Below, one piece after another: positions 1-20,860 of a stretch of DNA of 64,000 nucleotides. The stretch spans positions 1,190,186 to 1,254,185 of the forward strand of contig NW_015163100.1 in the NCBI RefSeq assembly GCF_001447785.1. Direction: 5' to 3'. The notes below the pieces were generated by a model. It was not told the DNA's origin and did not search any database. It saw only the letters and a program-made list of their open reading frames with translations. A program made the position numbers and the translations under genes. How positions within the stretch are numbered: position 1 is the stretch's first letter; each line of letters begins with the position of its first letter. Source of the DNA: Gekko japonicus. Lineage: Eukaryota.

Positions 1-147
1 CTGGGAGTTATGGGACAGTTGTGAATGGTGTGTGAGTGCATATGAATATTGTTGTAGATCACCAAAATGATTGCATCTTTAATTTCGTTGTTCTATGTAC
101 AATGACAATAAAGTATATTATTATTATTATATTATTATTATTATTGT
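1..147 (+). mobile_element. 3' tail of a non-LTR retrotransposon (Rex1/Babar-like) ending in AATAAA and a (TTA)n microsatellite
   Basis: 'atttcgttgttctatgtacaatgacaataaag' followed by (tta)n at ~118-144; family assignment by recalled resemblance only. Confidence 0.45.
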
Positions 148-500
148 AGCATCTGCACAGCTTATTGACACAGTCTCCAAGTGTGGGCTGATGCTGGCAG
201 GCCCCTGCAGCGGAGGGGCTCTTGGCCCTTTCACATTCGTATACCTTTATGGGCATATCGGCAACCACAACTGAATAATAATCCAGTCAATAAGATACAG
301 AATGCAAAATCTCCTTGGCCCTCTCTGAGCTGGCAGGGGACATCTGTCATGGGCAGGAGTTGCCCAGCTCAACTCCTGGCTGCTCAACAAGGGGGGAAAG
401 GGAGGGCAACACCGCATTCGCCTCCTCGTCTCGGCTCGGGAGGAGCTTCTTCTCACATACACCCTGCTCCCCACCCCCCACCCCCCGCTTGCTCTTGCAG

Positions 501-5837
<5,337 letters not shown>

Positions 5838-6945
5838 AGCTTTTTGCAGGGGCAACACCGGAGGGGGGGGGTTTTGGCCCAGCCCCGTGCATCGGAAGCC
5901 TTTTCTGCCGACGGCGGGCAGTGCCAAGCAGAGGGGAGCACCCGGCTTCGTACTGCTCCTGTCTGCACTTTGGGCCCGTTCGGCTGTGGAGCGAAGGGGG
6001 GGGCGGCGACATGCAGAGAACTAGACCTGGCCCTGCCTGACCCTTCCCTCTGGGCCCCCCGGGTTTCTCTTTTGCTCAATCACTCTTTAATTTATGCTGT
6101 TTGGTTCTGTTTATATAAGTAAAAACACTTCCAAAGCTCTGCTGTGCCCCCCCTCCTTTCCCCAAGGCCCTCTCAGAGCCGGTACTTTCAACACGCCTCC
6201 CCAAGAAGAGGACTGGATGGGGGGGGGGCAGGCTGTGCTCTGGAGGCTGCTGCTCACTCCTGGCAAGCAGCAATGCTGTGCCATGTGGTTTGCACTGGAC
6301 TCGGCCCCTCTGCCCGTGAGACCCTTGCCTACCAGCTTCCTCCTGTGGCTTAGGCAGCTGGGGCAGGTGCTGATGCGCTGCAGGGCGCTCAGGAAAATGC
6401 TGCATGGGAAGCTCTGCCGGCTCTTCCCAGGCAAGTGGCCAAGCTGGGTCTGCAGTGCGAGATGCAGCGTCCGGAGGAGTCCTCTTTGGCCGGTCCCAAT
6501 GGCAGATCTGGGGGAATCCCGACCCTCTTTGTGGCTTCTGCCCCTTCTCATGCCTGGAGCTTCTGCGAGCCAAGGAACGGGGGGGCCTTTGTTCCCCCCC
6601 CCCTTGTCCTCTTCTGCTCCCCACCGTGGCCTTTTGCCATACCTGGCTGGCGAGAGAGGCATTACCCTGGCAATACTCTGTTGGTTTTCCAAGAGGCGAA
6701 CGGTGGCCTTGTCCTGTAGTTGCCCAGCCTCTCTCCGTCAGGGACTGGGCTGCAGTCTGAGTTCTTCTGGGGAAGACTGAGGTGCTTTGGAGGGGGTGAG
6801 GGTGGGGGGAAGCTGAGGGGAGCCCCTGCTGACAGGTGGTGGGAACCACGGGCTGTTCCAGGGGTGCAGGCCCCTTTCCCTTTCTTGCCCTCTGTACATA
6901 ATTTTAGTTGATTCTTTTGTGGGTAAAGGGACAGTGTGGGGGGAC

Positions 6946-6951
6946 AATAAA
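6946..6951 (+). terminator. Candidate VPS4A polyadenylation signal AATAAA
   Basis: AATAAA ~1.1 kb after the stop codon, followed by GU/U-rich 'tttgttgtttttcatgtattgtct'. Confidence 0.6.
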
Positions 6952-7547
6952 AACATTGAAAACAGCGGCATTTGTTGTTTTTCATGTATTGTCTGCTTGC
7001 TATTTAACCAGGACAAATCAGACAAAATGCCTAGGACACCCCCGCCCCCCCGTTTCAAAACCTTTATGCATTCTCCTGCAGCACCATTCATTACCGGGTA
7101 CTTCTAATGCAGGCCTCTCCGGAGCTGTTGGGTTCCTCCCCCGGCTGGTGCAAAGGGCCGGTGTGTGGGCGTGGGTGTGTGCTAAACAGCGTTGGTCTGC
7201 CTTTGCCAGGCTTCATCCGGAGTCTTGAGTGTGGGTGCAGGGCTGACCCCATTCCCTCCCCCGGCGATCAGTGCCTGCCCTCAGCCAGCTACAACAGGGT
7301 AGACCAGACTGAACGTGGGGGGCCTTTTGCGGCTCCCCTGCAAGGATTCAGCGTGCCACTTGGATCAGGCCCCCAGCACTGCTGCAGTGGCCAGAGATGG
7401 CCTGGCTGGCATAAGAACCCGCAGTGACTCATTCCAGCCACCCCCTTTTGTGGACAGGCCCTGCGCAAGGGCTTGGTGGGCTCAGCCCCTTCCCACGCTG
7501 GAGGCAAAGCAGAGGCCACCCCACCCCCACCCCCGTGCGGCCGATCT

Positions 7548-8248
7548 TCAGTCCTGCAGCTCGGCCCAGTGCACGTTGGTGAAAGTCCTGCTGTCCATCT
7601 TGTCGATGTACAGGATGCCCTGCAGGTGGTCCATCTCGTGCTGGACGATGCGGGCTGCCCAGCCGGTGGCCTCGACTGGGGCTCGAAGAAGCGGCCGCTC
7701 CCTTCCCAGCCAGCTGGCAGCCCTACCTCCCGCCCTGCTCCCTGCCGGCCTACCTGTGACCTGGACGGCCTGGTAGCGGGGCACGTAGGCCGAGAAGCCG
7801 CGGAGGCTGCAGCAGCCCTCGGGGAGGGCGAGGAGGCGGGCGTCGAGGACGCGGAGGGCCGGGTTGACGAAGACGCGCAGCGGGAAGGGGCGCATCTGGC
7901 GGCGGCGGCGCTCCTCGGCCGGGGTCTCCTCCACCAGCCGCGCGGGCAGCTCGGCCACGAAGACCTGCAGCGGCACGCCCAGCTGGGGCGCGCTCAGCCC
8001 CACGCAGCCCTCCCGCCGCAGCCNNNNNNNNNNNNNNNNNNNNNNNNNNNNNNNNNNNNNNNNNNNNNNNNNNNNNNNNNNNNNNNNNNNNNNNNNNNNN
8101 NNNNNNNNNNNNNNNNNNNNNNNNNNNNNNNNNNNNNNNNNNNNNNNNNNNNNNNNNNNNNNNNNTCCGGCCTCGCCGAGCACGACGACGCGCCCCGCCA
8201 CAGCGCCCGCAGCGGGGCCCGCCTCCGGACCAGCCCGGCCGCCGCCAT
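7548..8248 (-). CDS. PDF: Mitochondrial peptide deformylase (exon 1 8248-7754 interrupted by N-gap 8024-8165; exon 2 7675-7548)
   Basis: Arg/Ala/Leu-rich presequence [19 protein letters not shown] from ATG 8248; motifs [13 protein letters not shown] and QHEMDHLQG (HEXXH); C-terminus [14 protein letters not shown]. Confidence 0.93.
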
Positions 8249-8400
8249 GCGCGACTCACGGCTCGGCCGTCCGATTGGGCGCGCGGGCCACCGTCCCACC
8301 GGCACGCTACCGAATGGCCTGCTGGGAAGTGTAGTTCTTCACCGAGACCAAGGCGAGGCGTCCCCCAGCGGCAGGAGGCGACATCGCAGGATGGCGACAG
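8249..8400 (-). promoter_or_regulatory. PDF CpG promoter with CCAAT box and ZNF143/THAP11-type ACTACA-TTCCCAGC motif
   Basis: Minus strand 'gaactacacttcccagcaggcc' at ~8316-8337; CCAAT at ~8274-8278; CpG-dense. Confidence 0.6.
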
Positions 8401-8658
8401 GCTGCCAGTCGGGGGAAGGTCTGCCCGGCTCCCCCAGGAGGCTCCTCTAATGCCCACCCTCCCCTGCAAAACAAGATGCTCACTCTGGGTCTCCATTCAA
8501 ACGCCTTCTTTCTAAGCCCCCAGTGGCTGGTCAGGAGAGACAAGAGAGGGCTGCTTGCAAATCCAGAGGAAGGCCAAACACCCCCCCCCCAGCAATCACA
8601 CAAGGCAGACAGGCACCTTTCACTCAATTGGCAAGGGTGGGGGGGAGTCAGGGTTATT

Positions 8659-8913
8659 TAGGGTCGCCAGGTACCCCCTGCTGCTGGCATGGGGTGGGGT
8701 ATAAGGTTATAAGGGTATAAGGTTGCCAGCAGCTCGCTGGGGAAGTGGAAATTTGGGAGTGGAGTGCGGGGAGGACAGGATCCTTAGTGGGGTACAAGTG
8801 CCTTATACTCTTCAAAACATCCCTTTTCTCCAGGGGAACTGACCCTTGTAGTCTGGAGATGAGCTGTAAATTCCAGGGGATCCCCAGGGCCCACCAGGAG
8901 GCTGGCATCCCTA
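8659..8913. mobile_element. Non-autonomous hAT-type DNA transposon (TAGGGT.GCCA TIRs)
   Basis: TIRs tagggtcgcca...tggcatcccta; perfect 8-bp TSD gggttatt (8651-8658, 8914-8921). Confidence 0.8.
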
Positions 8914-9141
8914 GGGTTATTGCCGGAGACAGACTGGGAGCCTGCCGCCACACTCCCTATTCTGGAAGAGGAAAGCACTCTCTATTCTTTTCATAGTGGC
9001 AATTTGGGTGATTTGCCAAAATGATTTTGTTTTTACTTTGTGAACCACAGTGAGCAGGCCTCGTCTTCTACCAATCCTTCCACTTCAGTTCATCACCCTG
9101 TTTTCAGCCAGAGGCTTCTTCCCGCTCTCCATGGTCCTGAT

Positions 9142-9558
9142 CCGTTTCCCCTCTGAGTTAGTGTGAGCTAGCTCACAGTTTTTTAGCCTCCGGCTCACCC
9201 ATTTTTGTCTTGACTGTGGAAGAATGGCTCCTGAGCAAACTAAAAATTATGCCTTCACCAAATCGCTCGCTCACAACTTTAATGCCAGTAGCTCACAAAG
9301 TACAATTTTTGCACACAAGATTCCACAGCTCAGAGGGAGCATTGATCCTGATCAGTGTTCCCTCTAAGCTGAGTGAGTGTGAGCTAGCTCACAGTTTTTT
9401 AGCCTCCGGCTCACACATTTTTGTCTTCGCTCAGGAAGGAGGGCTCCAAAGCAAGCTAATTTATGCAGCAGCCAAATCACTAGCTCACAACTTCAATGCC
9501 AGTAGCTCACAAAGTAGACATTTTGCTCACAAGACTCCACAGCTTAGAGGGAACACCG
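9142..9558. mobile_element. Two tandem ~205-bp hAT MITEs (family A, TIR cagtgttccctctaagctg)
   Basis: Copies 9142-9344 and 9353-9558; TSD (g/a)tcctgat present three times. Confidence 0.85.
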
Positions 9559-9815
9559 GTCCTGATCCACTTCTTGCTTTGTCAGCATTTTTATGTTGCT
9601 TTGGTTCTCCTGGTGGCACTCTGAAATGACACCACCCCCACCCCATGTTTTTTGCTTTCTTCAGAATGCTCATGAGTCATGCTGGTGCCTATCCTAGATC
9701 AAAGAGAAAGTTACAAGAAAAATCTAACCCTGACCAGGAAGGGATGGGCATGAATAATATAACCACCACCACCCCAAGTTAAAACCAGGGACCCACCAAC
9801 ACAACAATTTCAAAG

Positions 9816-9821
9816 TTTATT
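9816..9821 (-). terminator. Candidate COG8 polyadenylation signal AATAAA
   Basis: tttatt on + strand ~210 nt beyond the COG8 stop, with GU-rich sequence downstream on the minus strand. Confidence 0.65.
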
Positions 9822-10030
9822 CAGAAAACGATCCACCTCTTTCTAACATGTTCACCAAGATCCAGTTCTGTCCTCCCACTGCACAAGCAGAGGGCAGCAT
9901 TTATACACAACTTTGTTCTTTCCAGTAATTGTCCTGTGTGCCCAAAGGGATCCCAGAAGTAAAACTCAGAAGCTGAGTCCTGGCCACAGCTGGCGGTGCA
10001 CCCCAAAAAGCAGGAGCAGTTCCAGGAGAA

Positions 10031-13000
10031 CTATTCTGGAGCAGGAGGGACTCTGACTTCCTCGTCATCCCTAGAGCCTTGGCTGCCATCTTCTGTTTCT
10101 GAAATAGGGACTGGGGAGCTGCGTGAGGCTTCCTGTGGAGATGTGGGAAGTTCCAAGTCCAGTGGAGATGCTGAGCTTTCTTGAGCCAGCCCTTTCTCCT
10201 TATCCAGGAGAAAGGCTGCCTCTTTGTCAGGCAGGATTGGGGCCAGGAGCTCCTGAATGGCATGCTCATCCACACAGCCAAAGTTCCCATATTTCTGCAA
10301 CTGAATAGGGGGGACACCTAGTAGGAGGGGGGGAAAAGGCAAAGAGTAGCTGTCTAAAGTCATACATTTAGAGGAAACTATCAAGACTCAAATACAACTA
10401 TTCAAAACTGCTTCCACTGCTTTCCCCACAAAAAGTACCCAAACTGCAAAATGTAAAACTCCCTCCCACAAGAGACTTCCTGTCCATCTCTGATTAGGAC
10501 CCCCACTCTACCCTGTATTTAGTAGGCCCAGTGGCTTGCATCCCGTTGCAACACGGCAGGGCTTCATAGGGTGACTAAAAAGCACTTCCTTCCTTCCATC
10601 CAACCCCACCCCCCACCACACACACACGCACACCCAAAGGCAGCCATACCCAGAGTCTGTGCAATTTGGGCTGGTGGAAAGAGCAGCTGAAGGCACCGGT
10701 TGAGATAGGGCACCAAATCTTCTAGAAACGTCATGCAGAACTGAGCAAACAGTTCCTGCTCTCGGCTGCTGAAAGCCACCTCCTCTGCTCGGTGGAAAGC
10801 CAGGATAATTTTTGTTACCTATGGAAAGAGATGGGAAACCTTCATCTTACATGGTGAGGGAAGCTCCACTAGCAGATGAAGTGAACAAATTCACTCCTGG
10901 ACTCTGAGCCCAGATAATGGCTCCAGGACATCCACTGTAACTGGAGCTGCAGTCCTAAGAACGCTTTCCCAGGAGTAAGCCCCAGACTCACTATAAAGTA
11001 AACCTCCTTAGCATTGCTCCCAGGGTGGCTGGAACCACTCGCTTCCCCACTGCAGACAAACAACAACAGCAGGATACAAAGCTGAAGTGGCAAACGTCGC
11101 TTTTCTCCCCAGAAAGTAGATGAATCTGAGGAGCCCAACCCACCAGCTGCCTCTACACACTCCATTCTGCCACCAAGACACGGGGAATCTTTCTTCCAAC
11201 CGTTGAGGCACAAGGGAAACAGCTTCACCTGGTGCAGGGCGTCCTCCATGGCAACGGCCACGTCTTGAGCAAGGGCCACTGGGCAGCAGAGACGCAGGTC
11301 ATTGAAGGCCACCAGGATGTTGTTGAGGAAGCAGGCAAGCGGTGGGAAGTCCAGAAGCACAACAGGGGGCTGCAGCGTGGCTGGTTGGGCCACTGGCACT
11401 GCCACAGGGATTGTGCTGTTCAGGAAGGTAGGTGCAGAGATCAGTGTGTAGGAGTCCATTTCTTCCTGGAACTTATTCACGCCCTCCTGCACAGCTTTCT
11501 GGAAGGTCTGCAGGGCCACTTGCTGGAAAATGGGGGCCAGCTGACCCCGGAAGTCTGCTCCCACGCGGCTGAAGGAAAGGCCGAAGTACATGCACTGGCC
11601 CAGGAGGGAGTCCAGGCGGCCACCCACTCCGCACTGCAAGTCGCGCTCTAGGACCTGAAGGAACTGAGAGACCTTCTGCAAAACCCACCCATGGAAGATG
11701 GCACTTTCGTTGAGGACCTCCTGCCCAGAGGGAGGCACGAGAGGCTCCTCGTCTGCAAAAATGGCCCGATACTGTGTGATGATGTCAAAGAGGTGGACGC
11801 GGTATGCCTCAATGGTCTTGGTGATGTGCATGTAGGGGTTGTCGTCTGGGATCGCAGCAAGGATGGAGCGCAGCCAGATGTCTCGTGCCTGCAGGAAGGT
11901 GATGCGCAACTCAGCCTCTGTGAAAACATCCATGCAACGCAAGTAGCCAATGAGCCGCAAGCAGGCTGGCAGCTGGATGTTGGTGCGCAGTTGCTGGATC
12001 AGCTGGGTCAGCATGAGCTGTGTTGACTGGCGCACCTCTGCCACTATGCTCTACGGAGGAAAAGAAAGGTAACAGATATCCTACTCAGACTTCTCTGGAA
12101 ACCTGAGCTGGAGAGATGGTCTGGCCAGCCCAGAATCAGCTTTTACTCCAGTTTTCAGGGTGAGCAAAACACAGAAACTCTCAGCAGCTAAAGGTACATG
12201 ACGTCAATAAATCTTACTTACAGCTCTTTCTTAACAGCATAAAGCATGTCGTTCTAATATCTCACTAACCACCACCTAACCCAGCATTTTTTCTCACTCA
12301 ATTCCAGCAGTTCACAGGCACACATGGTCTATCAAAAACTGGCTAGCATGGAGTGGGCTGTGGCACACCTGGATGACGGGGATGTCGGCGTGCTTCTTCT
12401 CCAGGCGGCGGACATAGGCCACCAGCCCCAGGGCCTCTTCGTGGTAGCTGTTCCGCACGCAGGTGTCCATCAGCTGCGGGATCTCCAGCACCTCCAGGAT
12501 CTCCGTGTGGCGGTTCAGTGTCAGGCTGTTCATGCGGCGGCTCTGGGCGATCTGCTCGGCCTCGCGGGAGAAGTTCCTGCGGGCAGAGAGAGACCCAGAT
12601 CAGGCCCAGCCTAGGAAGGAAGGAAGGAAGGAAGGAAGGAGGGACGCAAAGGCCCGACGCCGACACCCTCCCCCTCCCACCCGCCCGCCCCCCGGGCGCC
12701 AGGCGGCCCAGGAGGCGGTCGAGGCCCTCCTCGATGCCCGCGAAGCCGCGGCGGGTGCCGGCCGTACACTCGGCGGAGCGGATGAAGGTCTTGTAGTGGG
12801 CGAAGGCCAAGGCCCGCGTCTGCGCTCCCAGCTGCGCCCGCTCCTCCGCCAGCCGGGCCGGCTCCCTCCGCAGCACCTCCAGGCCCAGCCCCGACAGCTC
12901 GGCTAGGTAGGCCGACAGCTCCGCGTCCCCCGCCGGCGGCGGCGGCGGTGGCGGCGCCCTCCGGAACAGCCAGGCCAGCAGGCTCGCCTCCTCCAGGTCG

Positions 13001-13038
13001 GCCCCACCGGGCCCCAGCGAAGCCGCGGCCGCCGCCAT
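10031..13038 (-). CDS. COG8: Conserved oligomeric Golgi complex subunit 8
   Basis: Exons 13038-~12700 (3' boundary defective), 12576-12369, 12050-11229, 10818-10650, 10317-10031; motifs [47 protein letters not shown]. Confidence 0.95.
12614..12640 (+). repeat. (GGAA)n microsatellite in COG8 intron 1
   Basis: ggaaggaaggaaggaaggaaggaagga. Confidence 0.9.
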
Positions 13039-13362
13039 CAGGCCTCGACGTGGAACGGGAAGTGGTTGCTGCGGCAACCGCGGCGGCTCCGGGAGAAACT
13101 TCCGGTTTCTGATAGCTACTTCCTTTGCAGACCGGATATTCGGGCGAGCGACGCTCGCTCCCTCCCTCCCTAAGCGTGCGGCGACAGGAGCCGCTTCCCG
13201 AAGGTGGGGCGAATGTCGTCACTTCCGAAAAGCTCTTCCCTCAGTTGGCCGCGGGTGCGTCCGGGCTCCGGAACTGCCGGCCTCGGTCGCTGTTGCGCAG
13301 CCGGGCTCAGTTGGCGGTTACACCTTCCGGCTTCCTTCTGCTCGGCGTGTGCTGGCGAGGCG
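13039..13362. promoter_or_regulatory. Bidirectional CpG-island promoter of COG8/NIP7 with ETS/GABP-type motifs
   Basis: Divergent ATGs 324 bp apart; acttccgg 13098-13105, acttccg 13221-13227, cttccggcttcc 13324-13335. Confidence 0.8.
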
Positions 13363-14946
13363 ATGCGGCCGCTGACGGAGGAGGAGACCCGCGCGCTCTT
13401 CGAGAAGCTCGCCCGGTAGTAAGTTGGGCCGGGCCGCCTCGCCTCCCTCCCTCCCGTTCTTCCTTCCTTCCCTCCCCGCCTCTTCGGGGCCTTGACGGGG
13501 AGTCTCTCCTTCTCTCTTCCTCTCCAGCGTGGGCGAGAACCTGCAGCTGTTGGTGGACCGGCCCGACGGCGCCTACTGCTTCCGCCTGCACAGGGACCGT
13601 GTCTACTACCTCAGGTGAGTGCCTCTGCCGGGGCGCCCGAGAGGAACCCTTCTTCTTCTTGGCCCGTCTGCTGCCTGCTCCGGGACTTCGGGTCGGGCGC
13701 CTTCCAGCCGCGCCCCCTTCCTCCCCCCACCCCCCCGAGTTCGATCACGACCCGAGGATCTGTGGCCGGGGCTCCCAAGGCGCCACGCCCGGGCTCAGGA
13801 CCAGTGATCCCTCTAAGCTGACAGCTTAGAGGGAACATTGCTCAGGACTTGCTGCTGAACGCCCTTGTGATCTCTGTTGCTTAGCGAGAGGATCCTGAAG
13901 CTTGCCACCAGCATCCCGCGGGAGAACCTGGTGGCCCTGGGCACCTGCTTTGGCAAGTTTACCAAGACCCAAAAGTTCCGGCTCCACGTCACTGCCCTAG
14001 ATTACCTTGCTCCCTATGCCAAGGTAAAGACTTTGACCTAAATTGGGTGGGGGGGTCTGCATTATTTCTATGTGGGAAGGTGTTTTGGCCACCACCTGAA
14101 CGTTCTGATCCACCAGACATTGAGGGGCATGAAATGGAAGACCAAATAATAACTAATTTGATTGTGCCAAATTAAGGCACGCATGGGAGGGTTTGAACCA
14201 CTTAGTGGCAGAATAAATCCCCTCCCACCAAGTAGATGAGTTTAGGCAGTTTATGCCTCATATTACACATCTATATCCAATCTTTGGGTTTTTCTCTTCC
14301 TCAGTACAAAGTGTGGGTAAAGCCCGGTGCAGAACAGTCCTTCCTTTATGGGAACCACATACTGAAATCTGGCCTGGGACGGATTACGGAGAGCACGACC
14401 CAGTACCAGGGCGTGGTGGTGTACTCTATGGCTGATGTGCCCCTGGTGAGTGATGGTGGGTGGATGGGTCAGTCTTTGTGGTTTGGTGCCAGTTTGGTGT
14501 AGTGGTTAAGTGCACAGACTCTAATCTGGGAGAACTGGGTTTGATTCCCCACTCCTCCATTTGCACCTGCTGGATAATCTTGGGCAAGCCATAGTTCTGG
14601 CACAGCTGTTCTTGAAAAAGAGCAGTTTCTGTCAAGAACTCTCTCAGCCCCACCCACCTCACAGGGTGTCTGTTGTGGGGAGGGGAAGGGAAAGGAGTTT
14701 GTAAGCCGCTCTGAGACTCCCTTGGGTAATGAAGGGCGGGGTATAAATCCAATCTCTTCTTCTTCGTACTTCGATGGAGGAGGAAGAGCATCTCACTGCC
14801 TGCTTTGCTTTGTTGGACTTCCCCAGGGCTTTGGAGTGGCAGCCAAGTCCACACAGGAGTGCCGGAAGGTGGACCCCATGGCCATTGTTGTGTTTCATCA
14901 AGCTGACATCGGGGAGTACATACGCCACGAGGAGACTCTGACTTAA
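13363..14946 (+). CDS. NIP7: 60S ribosome subunit biogenesis protein NIP7 (180 aa, PUA domain)
   Basis: Exons 13363-13418, 13528-13614, 13885-14023, 14305-14445, 14827-14946 total 543 nt; [16 protein letters not shown]...[10 protein letters not shown]...[16 protein letters not shown]. Confidence 0.98.
13802..13840. mobile_element. 39-bp TIR-only derivative of hAT MITE family A
   Basis: cagtgatccctctaagctg-a-cagcttagagggaacattg flanked by perfect TSD ctcaggac. Confidence 0.85.
14488..14765 (+). mobile_element. Squam3-like SINE (NIP7 intron 4)
   Basis: gccagtttggtgtagtggttaag head; tail ataaatccaatctcttcttcttc. Confidence 0.85.
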
Positions 14947-15341
14947 ACAAAGGGGCAGGAGGCCTCAAGGACTTTTTGGCTAGGGTNNNNNNNNNNNNNN
15001 NNNNNNNNNNNNNNNNNNNNNNNNNNNNNNNNNNNNTCGGCTGGCCTGGTCTTGCAGTATCTGTGACAGGGAGAAATTGGTTGCAAATATTGTCTGCCTG
15101 GTACAGTGAGAACTATGCCTGCTTGTAGGCAAGCAAGTTGCCGCTGGTCTAACTTCTACAAAGTAAAATTCTTTTTTTATACTCTGTCTTATTCCTATGA
15201 TTGTTAAGAAGTTGATTTGGATGCTTTTCCCTTTTCACCTTGAAGAAGAGGCAGCCAAAACATTCCTTCATTCTGCATTCGCTGCAGCAGTATTTGCCTG
15301 CCAATAGATAAACTGCCTCTGCCCAGGTAATCAAGTGAGTC

Positions 15342-15347
15342 TTTATT
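15342..15347 (-). terminator. Candidate TMED6 polyadenylation signal
   Basis: tttatt on + strand 140 nt beyond the TMED6 stop. Confidence 0.55.
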
Positions 15348-15486
15348 TGTAACTAGTAGGTCAGTGTGAAGTGTCCTGTATTTGTAACGTGGGTTTAACC
15401 GGAATGAATGCCAACATCACACGTAAGTTGATTTACTGGCTTTTGAGAGTTAAGCCTGCTGGTTTCCTTGCTGCTCAAGGGAAGGT

Positions 15487-19859
<4,373 letters not shown>

Positions 19860-20718
19860 TCAATCATTAACTCGCCTGCTGCTCACCTAGGGCTTGTTTG
19901 GCTTGCTGCTGGAGGAAGGAAGGCTAGGCGAGTGGGACACCTTGAGGACAAACCAGCCGCTGATTATGGAGCTTTTCACAGCCTCGTGCTTACATGAGCC
20001 AGGCAGCCCAGGCAAACCCCGCCCCGCCCCCTGGTGCTGCTGCTGCATCTCCACCTGCTGCTTGCCTTCCCACGGACTCTGCAGCTCCACGTTTCTTCCC
20101 TCGCCCGCGGCTGCAGGACGCTGCCAGCCCCTCTGCCAGGAAGGGGGCGGGGGGCCGGGGGGGGGGGGGGGGAGCATACAAAAGACTCCTGTGGATCACA
20201 GCAGCAAGATCAGAAGGTGGCTCTCTCGCGGCCCCCATGAGCTTCAAGTGCAAACCTTCTGCCTGCTGGTTGAACCAAGGGACACTTTCCCTGAACTAGT
20301 ATCTACTCATGTTGGCCTGATTTCCTTACTGCACAGAAGCATCAGGGCCAGGAAGATTAACACCGTAAAGGGTTACCTCTTTGGGGGGCTTCTCCCACTC
20401 TTCCCGGATACTGGAGAACACTGCAGCAGAACAAGGCAGGATTCTCAACAATACTGTATGCCGTAATGCCGGGGCGTAGTTTTGCCTATCGTCTCAGACT
20501 TTATCTGAGTGGAATATACCCCCCACTCCCCAATTAAATACCACAACAATGGATGAGCCAAACACCCCATCAGTGCCACATGACATTGGGCCTGGCCTCT
20601 CCTACAAAAGCAAACCCCCCCACCACCCCCACACACACTGGTTGCAGCATCCCTCTTCGTCTGGAAAGCGGAGCCTCATGCGATCCTCAGAGACCAAAGG
20701 ACCAAGAAAGGATTTCAG

Positions 20719-20860
20719 TTAGCTGTTGTAGATTTTCCGGGTTGTATGGCCGTGGTCTTGGCACTGCAGGACCTGACAATGCCAAGACCACAGTTATACA
20801 ACCCGGAAAATCTACAACAGCTAATGAACTCGAGCCATGAAAGCCTCTGACAATATATTG
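20719..20860. mobile_element. Penelope-like element terminal inverted repeat
   Basis: 45-bp arms 20719-20763 and 20780-20824, followed by 'gccatgaaagcctctgacaata', resembling squamate Penelope 3' ends. Confidence 0.65.
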
